Source of the DNA: a virus
Taxonomy: Duplodnaviria > Caudoviricetes
DNA: 53,767 nucleotides
Reading direction: 5' to 3' (one strand)
IMG/VR virus record: IMGVR_UViG_3300021963_000162
Location: 1 to 53,767 of that record
The notes beneath the pieces are model-generated. The model was given only the letters and a program-made list of their open reading frames with translations, was not told the origin of the DNA and made no database searches. Made by a program: the position numbers and the translations under genes. Positions within the stretch are counted from its first letter, which is position 1; each line of letters opens with the position of its first letter. This document shows positions 46,957 through 53,767 of the stretch, piece after piece.

Positions 46957-48804
46957 ATGGCAAATACATCAATTTTAATTAAACGTTCTAGTAGTACAGG
47001 ACGTCCTAGTTCACTGAAAGCTGGTGAATTAGCGTATTCATACCAATCAAATACGTTATTTTTTGGTACAGCTGACGGTACTGGTGCCTTTAATATTGGT
47101 GGCCAATTCTATACATCCACTGTAGATTCTGCAACCGCAGCTAATGTTGCCTCAACATTAGTTAAACGGGATGAGAATAACGGTTTCTTTGGTGCATTAT
47201 ATGGTAACGCAAATAGTGCTACCAAATTATTAACCTCAAGAAACTTTGACATTTCAGGTGGTGATATTACTGCCTCAGCAGTTGGTTTTGATGGTACCGC
47301 TGCTGTTACATTAAATGCCTCTCTTAATACAGTTTCTGGTCTAAGTGCCGGCGTATATGGTGGTGCATCAGTTGTACCTATTGTTACTGTTGCAGCAAAC
47401 GGCCGTATTATGGCCATTGCCAACTCAACTACAATCTCTACTGCGTTGGGTATTGCTGGTGATTCTGGTACAGACACAGTTAACCTTGCATCCGACACAC
47501 TAACAGTTGCTGGCGGCGCAGGTTTAACATCAGCAGTTACAGATAACACAATTACAATTAATGTTGATAACACTGTTGTTCGTGCAAATACTGCTTCTTT
47601 GAATCAAACTATTGATGGTAACCTAACCGTCAGTGGTAACTTGAATGTTCTTGGTACAGAAACTATTGTTAATGTAAGCACATTCGAAGTTACCGACCCA
47701 TTAATTTACTTGGCTGGCGGAAACTATGTAAGTGATGCAGTCGATATTGGTTTTGTTGGTAACTACAACAACGGTTCTGCTAACCTACATGCCGGTTTGA
47801 TTCGTCATGCAGGTGATAAAGACTTCTACATTTTTGACAGTTACAATGTTGAACCAGATAGTAATGTTATTGACATTTCAGGTAATGGTTTCCATGTTGC
47901 AAACTTACATGCAAACATACTTGCTACAGCAATCACAACATCTACATTAGAAGTTTCTACTGTTGCAAAAATTGCTGAGTTGCAATTAACTACAGATTTA
48001 GCAGTATCACAAGGTGGTACTGGCGCAAGTTCATTCACAAATGGTGCAATTCTTATTGGTTCTGGAACAGGTGCATTATCAACACTTGCAAACAGCACAT
48101 ATACTGCAACAGGCAGTGGCGCATCAAACAGTACAGTTTCTTCTTTGACTGTTGACGATTATGGTCGTGTGACTGCTGCAACATTCAGTTCAATTTCCGG
48201 TCTAACAGTCAGCCAAGGTGGTACAGGACAATCTTCATTTACTGCTGGTCAATTAGTTATTGGTGATGGCACCAGCGGATTGAAACAGATTGCTAATGCA
48301 GGTTATACATTAACTGGTACATTAGGTGCTGCTAAGACAATTACTTCTCTAACAGTTGATGACTATGGTCGTGTAACAGCCGCAACTGCTGCTGACATTT
48401 CCGGTCTAACAGTATCACAAGGCGGTACTGGTGCATCATCATTGTCTGCTGGCCAGATGTTGGTTGGCAATGGTACTGGTGCAATTCAAACAGTTGCTAA
48501 TGTTACTTACACATTGACTGGTACATTAGGTGCTGCAAAGACAATCACATCATTGACTGTTGACGCATACGGCCGTGTAAGTGCTGCAACTGCTTCAGAT
48601 ATCTCTGGATTGACTGTTGCACAAGGCGGTACAGGTGCTTCTACATTTACTACAAACGGTATCGTTTATGGTTCAGGCACAAGTGCAATGGGTGTTACTG
48701 CTGCGGCCGGTACATCAGACCAAACATGGTCTAACCAGATACTTACAACAACCAATGCAGGTGTTCCAGTATGGACAACAACACTTGATGGAGGTCAATT
48801 CTAA
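46957..48804 (+). CDS. Tail fibre protein with 68-aa repeats
   Basis: MANTSILIKRS...L..GELAY N-motif; QGGTG and TVD.YGRV repeats; ends DGGQF. Confidence 0.75.
   Translation: MANTSILIKRSSSTGRPSSLKAGELAYSYQSNTLFFGTADGTGAFNIGGQFYTSTVDSATAANVASTLVKRDENNGFFGALYGNANSATKLLTSRNFDISGGDITASAVGFDGTAAVTLNASLNTVSGLSAGVYGGASVVPIVTVAANGRIMAIANSTTISTALGIAGDSGTDTVNLASDTLTVAGGAGLTSAVTDNTITINVDNTVVRANTASLNQTIDGNLTVSGNLNVLGTETIVNVSTFEVTDPLIYLAGGNYVSDAVDIGFVGNYNNGSANLHAGLIRHAGDKDFYIFDSYNVEPDSNVIDISGNGFHVANLHANILATAITTSTLEVSTVAKIAELQLTTDLAVSQGGTGASSFTNGAILIGSGTGALSTLANSTYTATGSGASNSTVSSLTVDDYGRVTAATFSSISGLTVSQGGTGQSSFTAGQLVIGDGTSGLKQIANAGYTLTGTLGAAKTITSLTVDDYGRVTAATAADISGLTVSQGGTGASSLSAGQMLVGNGTGAIQTVANVTYTLTGTLGAAKTITSLTVDAYGRVSAATASDISGLTVAQGGTGASTFTTNGIVYGSGTSAMGVTAAAGTSDQTWSNQILTTTNAGVPVWTTTLDGGQF
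48010..48636 (+). repeat. About three tandem 204-nt (68-aa) imperfect repeats
   Basis: The QGGTG codons start at 48010, 48214, 48418 and 48622. Confidence 0.85.
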
Positions 48805-48846
48805 CTTGACTATATAATTAATTATTCTACATAATAGGAGTTTGAA

Positions 48847-49494
48847 ATGGGTAATGAAAAATATTTGAATCATTATATTGAAACACTGACAAGTTCATTG
48901 ACTGATTGTGTTATTCGTAATGTTTCTATGCAAGCAAATGCAAAGGTCTCCGATGAAGTAATCGGGGACCTTTCTAAAAAACTTGAAGAATTGAATGGAG
49001 TTAAAGTAGAATTAGAAACTGCTCTCATTGAAGCTAGAAATAATAATAGCTTATCTGAAAGTAATCTAATTAAGGATTTAAAGGATAAAATTTCTGCACA
49101 CGAACAAACGATACAGAAATTAAATACCGATATATCCAATTTACAAAACACATACCGTGATTATGACAGTATCAAGAATCAGGCAACTCATGTTGACACA
49201 TTTAAAAGTGAGTTAATTAAAGCCCGAGAAGAAACTATGTCGGTTCGTAATGATTATGAGAAGAAAATTGTTGAGATTAGTTCACAAAATAATGGTAAAA
49301 TTGAAACACTAAATACACAACACAAAAATGTTGTTGATGGTTTACTAAAACAAATTGAAGAACTAAATTCAAAGATTGACTATTTACAATTACCTCCTGC
49401 CAAACGCAAAAAAATTGATGTGCTAAATAAATCAGACGAGACTGCAACTACAGTCACGGACTTAGGTATCATCAAAGATGGCGGAAGTTTTTAA
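48847..49494 (+). CDS. Coiled-coil protein ending in DGGSF
   Basis: AGGAG SD; heptad-rich charged sequence. Confidence 0.75.
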   Translation: MGNEKYLNHYIETLTSSLTDCVIRNVSMQANAKVSDEVIGDLSKKLEELNGVKVELETALIEARNNNSLSESNLIKDLKDKISAHEQTIQKLNTDISNLQNTYRDYDSIKNQATHVDTFKSELIKAREETMSVRNDYEKKIVEISSQNNGKIETLNTQHKNVVDGLLKQIEELNSKIDYLQLPPAKRKKIDVLNKSDETATTVTDLGIIKDGGSF

Positions 49495-49499
49495 AGTAA

Positions 49500-50480
49500 A
49501 TGTCAAACACCTCAATACAGTTAAAAAAATCAGGCGTAACAGGGAACACACCAACAAGTTTAACTTATGGTGAACTTGCTCTTAACTACGCCGATGGTAA
49601 ACTGTATTATAAGAATAGTGGTGGTGGTACATCTTATATCTCCAACCAATTCTCGTTTGACACAATCAACTCAAACAACTCCCTAATATTTGCAGGAAGT
49701 AGTTCAGACACCTTGTCTTTTGTTGCTGGTGATAACATAACAATCAGCACTAATACCACCACAAAAACAATCACAATCAATGCAACATCAGGTGGTGATC
49801 CTAGTTATGCTTTTAACAAAGCAAACGCAGCATTCACCAAAGCGAACAACGCACTTGCAAATACAAGTGGTACTACATTTGATGGTGATTTGTTAATTGG
49901 CAGTAGTGGTAAATTAACAGTATTGGCAGTTGGTGGTGATGAAGGTGGTGAAATACTTTTAGGTAAAGCTGTTAGTAATACGACTTTGAGTGGCACAGGT
50001 GTAACAATTGATGTATGGCAAAACAGATTAAGATTCTTTGAACAAGGTGGTAGTGCTCGAGGCGCATACATTGACCTGACTGCTGCGTCAGCGGGTGTCG
50101 GTAGTGATTTATTATCTGGTGGCGGTGGTGGTACAACAGACACGACTGCAAGAGCAAGTGCTGCAGCTGCATTTGAAGCTGCCAATTCAGCAGGTCTTTA
50201 TGCAAATGTGGCCTTCATTGCAGCCAATTCAGCATATGGTTCTCAAAATACTACAGGTACATATGCGAATGTATCATTTTCGTTTGCCAATTCAGCAGGT
50301 TCTTATGCCAATTCAGCTTATATTCAGGCCAATACAGCAACTAATGATGCCGCTGGTGCATCTTTGTATGCCAACAGTGCTTTAATTTTAGCAAATGCGG
50401 CCTATGCAAAAGCAAATACAGGAACAACTGCACTAGATGTAAATGCTGATATTGTTGCTTTCACAATCGCCTTTAGTTGA
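49500..50480 (+). CDS. Fibre protein with GELA N-motif and ANSAY repeats
   Basis: IQLKKS...L.YGELALNYADGKLYYK; GGDEGGEI; hydrophobic end IVAFTIAFS. Confidence 0.7.
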   Translation: MSNTSIQLKKSGVTGNTPTSLTYGELALNYADGKLYYKNSGGGTSYISNQFSFDTINSNNSLIFAGSSSDTLSFVAGDNITISTNTTTKTITINATSGGDPSYAFNKANAAFTKANNALANTSGTTFDGDLLIGSSGKLTVLAVGGDEGGEILLGKAVSNTTLSGTGVTIDVWQNRLRFFEQGGSARGAYIDLTAASAGVGSDLLSGGGGGTTDTTARASAAAAFEAANSAGLYANVAFIAANSAYGSQNTTGTYANVSFSFANSAGSYANSAYIQANTATNDAAGASLYANSALILANAAYAKANTGTTALDVNADIVAFTIAFS

Positions 50481-50509
50481 TGAAATAAATAGAGGATAAG
50501 GAAATTTAA

Positions 50510-50836
50510 ATGGCAAATACTTTTAAAAATCAACTACAAGCAGCAGTCGGAACATCACCAACTACCATCTACACAGCAGGTGTGGGTGTGTCTACCACTG
50601 TTATTGGTATGACAATCGCAAACATATTGAACACCAGTATAACTGCAAATGTTATAGTAACTTCTGGTGGTTCAGATTATTATATGGTGAAGATGGCATC
50701 AATTGATCCAGGCAATTCACTAATCACAATAGGTGGTGAACAGAAATTAGTTTTGGAAGCAAACGATATTATTAAAGTTTCAACCAGTGACACATCAGCA
50801 GCAGATGTTATTGTGAGTTTATTAGAAATAACCTGA
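50510..50836 (+). CDS. Small beta-sandwich fibre adaptor-like virion protein
   Basis: MANTFKN...IYT...TTVIG..IAN...KLVLE..D.I.V...S.LEIT motif. Confidence 0.7.
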   Translation: MANTFKNQLQAAVGTSPTTIYTAGVGVSTTVIGMTIANILNTSITANVIVTSGGSDYYMVKMASIDPGNSLITIGGEQKLVLEANDIIKVSTSDTSAADVIVSLLEIT

Positions 50837-50837
50837 T

Positions 50838-51533
50838 ATGAAGTTTACTTACATAGGCGACCAATCAAACAAAGAAGTAAGAACGGCAGGTTCTTATGCC
50901 AACTCGGCATACCTGACCGGAAACTCTGCATTTGTACAAGCCAACTCAGCCTATGATTCGCAAAATACAACCGGTTCTTATGCTAATTCATCATACGGGC
51001 AAGCAAATACAGCAACATCAAATGCAGCTGGTGCCTCTCTATATGCCAATGGTGCTTTTATACAAGCCAATACTGCTACAGATAATGCAGCAGGCGCATC
51101 TCAATATGCCAATGCAGCCTTTATACAAGCCAATGCGGCGTTTGCACAAGCAAATACAGGTAGTGCAGATGCATATGCTAGAGACACTGCAAATGCGGCA
51201 TTTGACAAAGCAAACACAACATATGGACTTGTATCAAATAATGCATTGTCGGTATACACAGACCAATTTACCGCAAATGGTTCTACTACAACTTTCACTC
51301 TAAGTGCAAACCCACCAGATGAAAATTTTGTCACTGCTATAGTTGATGGTATCACACAACAGAGAAATACATATACAGTAGCAAACAACATAATTACTTT
51401 TAATTCTACATTTGAAAATGGTGCAAGTGTTGAAGTAACTACATTAAGTGGAAATGCAGTAATAAATACTGTATCAGGTGGTGGAGTTTCCACAGGAAAA
51501 TCTATTGCAATGTCAATAATATTTGGCATTTAA
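50838..51533 (+). CDS. Fibre protein with ANSAY repeats
   Basis: Repeats, an F.ANG.TT.F.L domain and the end GKSIAMSIIFGI. Confidence 0.7.
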   Translation: MKFTYIGDQSNKEVRTAGSYANSAYLTGNSAFVQANSAYDSQNTTGSYANSSYGQANTATSNAAGASLYANGAFIQANTATDNAAGASQYANAAFIQANAAFAQANTGSADAYARDTANAAFDKANTTYGLVSNNALSVYTDQFTANGSTTTFTLSANPPDENFVTAIVDGITQQRNTYTVANNIITFNSTFENGASVEVTTLSGNAVINTVSGGGVSTGKSIAMSIIFGI

Positions 51534-51542
51534 GGAATAAAA

Positions 51543-51902
51543 ATGGCAAATCCAAACATAGTCAATGTATCAACAATCAGTGGAAATACAGCAGTACAAT
51601 CTATAACTACATCTGCAACAGCAATTGTTGAAAACCCATCATCAAGTGGTAAAGTTTACAAAATAAACACTCTAATTATTTCCAATATTGATGGCACAAA
51701 TGCATCGGATATTACCGTGGATTTATATAGAAATACAACTGCATACAAAATTGTAAGTACAGTTTCTGTTTTGGCCGACACATCATTCACTGCAATAGAC
51801 AAAACACTATCTTTGTATCTTCTAGAAGGAGATGCATTACGATTAACAGCAGGCAATAATAGTAGGTTACAAGCGATATGTTCGTTTGAGGAAATTTCTT
51901 AA
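51543..51902 (+). CDS. Small beta-sandwich fibre adaptor-like virion protein
   Basis: MANPNIVNV..I.G.T...KIN.....N.DG...YL.EGD...S.EEIS motif. Confidence 0.7.
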   Translation: MANPNIVNVSTISGNTAVQSITTSATAIVENPSSSGKVYKINTLIISNIDGTNASDITVDLYRNTTAYKIVSTVSVLADTSFTAIDKTLSLYLLEGDALRLTAGNNSRLQAICSFEEIS

Positions 51903-53767
51903 TGATTAATTCAGGTTCTAGAGGCAAGAGAGCCCGTGATGGTGTGGGTATTTTAGGTATTGGTGAACATTTCAATCAACAAACTTATCTAATACCAACA
52001 GTTACATCTTTTACTATCACAGATGGTTCTTATGTTCCATTGGATGATACATCTGTTGATCCAGCTGGCGGTCAAACTATTGTACTCAACGGTTCTGGTT
52101 TTTTACCAGGTGCAACAGTTCTTGTTGGTACCACAACCATATCAGTAGTAACATATATTGATCCAACGAGATTGTCCTTTACTGCACCTGCATTAGCATC
52201 AGGTAGTTACACCATTTATGTTAACAATGGACTTGGCAACATAGGTGTTTTAGTACCAGGTTTGGTATATTCTGGCCTACCAACATTCACTACAGCCGCC
52301 GGCTCGTTAGGTTCTGTTTATGAAACAACCGCAATCAATACAACGGTTGTTGCAACAGGTGATGCACCAATTACATATTCTTTGGCTTCTGGTTCTTTAC
52401 CATCAGGTTCATCAATAAGTTCTGGTGGTACTATTTCAGGTACTGCACCAGTCGATGGATCAAGTACAACATATTCATTTACAATAAAAGCAACTGATGC
52501 AGAAAATCAAGATTCAGTTCGTTCTTTTTCACTTACAATAAACACAGATGTTGTTTCTTTCTCCTCGCCAGCAAACAACACAACATACACTGTTGTTGGA
52601 AATACTGCAATATCAAATGTAACTTCTGTTGCAACATCAGCAGCAGGTTATGGTGTTTCATATTCATCTACTGGTTTACCTACCGGTTTAACAATTAATT
52701 CATCAACAGGTGTTATATCAGGAACACCAACAGTTGAAGGAAGTAACAGTTCAATTGTAACAGCAACATCAAACACAACAAATAGAACTAAACAATTATA
52801 TTTAAATTGGATTATTCAACTTGCAGATGTATTTTTCCAATATACTACATCATTATTGAGTGCTAATCCTAGCTTACAGAAAACAATTTTCACAAAAGAT
52901 GATAGTACAAACAACAGTTTATCAACTGTTTTTGGTTTAACCAAACCAAGTATTTTACACCCATACAATACAAATGGGTATTATAGTAATTATTTTGATG
53001 GTACTGGAGACCAAATAACGGTTGGTGCAACTGCTACTCAATGGGCAATGATGCATAATGGAAATGATTGGACTGTTGAATTCTTTATGTATTATTCCGA
53101 TATAACAACATCAACCATAATAGGCAATTCAGGTGCAACAAATAGTTATGGGTTTAGAATATTTGTTAACTCAGCGACCAATGATAAGATAGTTAATGTT
53201 AGACTTTACAATAATACAGCCTCTCCATTGAGTGAAGCATCTAGTGCTCATTTAGTGAGAAATGCATGGAATTATGTAGCAATAACATACACAGGAAGCA
53301 CAAAAACAATAGCGTTTTATATAAACGGACAATCTTCTGGTTCTAGTGTATCTGGATGGACACCCGCAACTAATGATGCTACGAATGCCACACTTATTGG
53401 ATATGGAGCAACTCCTCTATTAGGATATTTGTCAAACTTACGCATATCAACAAATGTAAGATATGTTTCTACACCTTCAATACCAAGTTCACCACTATCA
53501 TCTGATGGAAATACTTTCTTATTGACATGTCAGAGTAATAAATTTATTGATAACTCATCAAATGGGTTTACATTAACTGGTGCAGGTAATGCTGGTGTTT
53601 CACTTTCAAACCCATGGAATTACAATATTGATAGTAGTTATGGCAGTGGTTCTTTCAATGGCACAACAGATTATATAACATTCCCAGGAACAGGAAGCCC
53701 GTTTGCATTTGGCACAGGAAACTTCACTATTGAATGTTGGGCATACAGCACCTCTTTTGCTGGTGGT
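51902..53767 (+). CDS. Large virion protein with IPT/TIG, putative Ig and LamG/concanavalin-like domains (partial, runs off the window)
   Basis: Manual translation from ATG 51902 (TAATG overlap): GGQTIVLNGSGF (IPT), GSLPSG..ISGT and GLPTGL.I....G.ISGTP (Ig), YFDGTGD, WTVEF and GYLSNLRI (LamG). Confidence 0.8.
   Translation, partial: MINSGSRGKRARDGVGILGIGEHFNQQTYLIPTVTSFTITDGSYVPLDDTSVDPAGGQTIVLNGSGFLPGATVLVGTTTISVVTYIDPTRLSFTAPALASGSYTIYVNNGLGNIGVLVPGLVYSGLPTFTTAAGSLGSVYETTAINTTVVATGDAPITYSLASGSLPSGSSISSGGTISGTAPVDGSSTTYSFTIKATDAENQDSVRSFSLTINTDVVSFSSPANNTTYTVVGNTAISNVTSVATSAAGYGVSYSSTGLPTGLTINSSTGVISGTPTVEGSNSSIVTATSNTTNRTKQLYLNWIIQLADVFFQYTTSLLSANPSLQKTIFTKDDSTNNSLSTVFGLTKPSILHPYNTNGYYSNYFDGTGDQITVGATATQWAMMHNGNDWTVEFFMYYSDITTSTIIGNSGATNSYGFRIFVNSATNDKIVNVRLYNNTASPLSEASSAHLVRNAWNYVAITYTGSTKTIAFYINGQSSGSSVSGWTPATNDATNATLIGYGATPLLGYLSNLRISTNVRYVSTPSIPSSPLSSDGNTFLLTCQSNKFIDNSSNGFTLTGAGNAGVSLSNPWNYNIDSSYGSGSFNGTTDYITFPGTGSPFAFGTGNFTIECWAYSTSFAGG

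Noticed and set aside
48806-48835. TTGACT-18-CATAAT sigma70-like promoter before 48847
   Set aside because: The predicted start would fall downstream of the AGGAG SD, and such matches arise easily by chance in AT-rich DNA.
1-53767. CRISPR array, diversity-generating retroelement, transposon or self-splicing intron
   Set aside because: I saw no regularly spaced repeat-spacer units, reverse transcriptase, adenine-specific TR/VR pair, transposase or intron-sized non-coding interruption. The repeats found are in-frame coding repeats.

Overview
A 53.8-kb segment of a large T4-like myophage genome, AT-rich and read in the standard genetic code. The tmRNA tag and PqqA sequence suggest a betaproteobacterial (Burkholderiales-like) host. 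The first 11.4 kb is an accessory/replication region: a DenV-like glycosylase, PhoH, a PD-(D/E)xK exonuclease, displaced tail-fibre tip and adhesin genes, a circularly permuted two-piece tmRNA, an unannotated pqqA, an outer-membrane beta-barrel, SleB, gp33, an inserted DUF4338-like plus restriction-nuclease-like pair, gp59, a HAD nucleotidase and gp32. From 11.4 to 17 kb the minus strand carries tape-measure-like genes, gp26/gp51, gp54, gp2 and gp4. From 17 kb to the end is the baseplate (gp48, 53, 27-like, split gp5, 25, 6, 7, 8), a split giant virion protein with a terminal Hint domain, and a long array of modular fibre genes. The highlights are the stand-alone phage pqqA under a consensus sigma70 promoter, an alpha-type tmRNA scaffold with a beta-type tag, a predicted -1 frameshift fusing gp26 to gp51, the DUF4338/nuclease cassette flanked by CTATGA repeats, the splice-deficient Hint domain, and probable leaderless late mRNAs. 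All homology calls come from recognised motifs and T4-like synteny, not from database searches.
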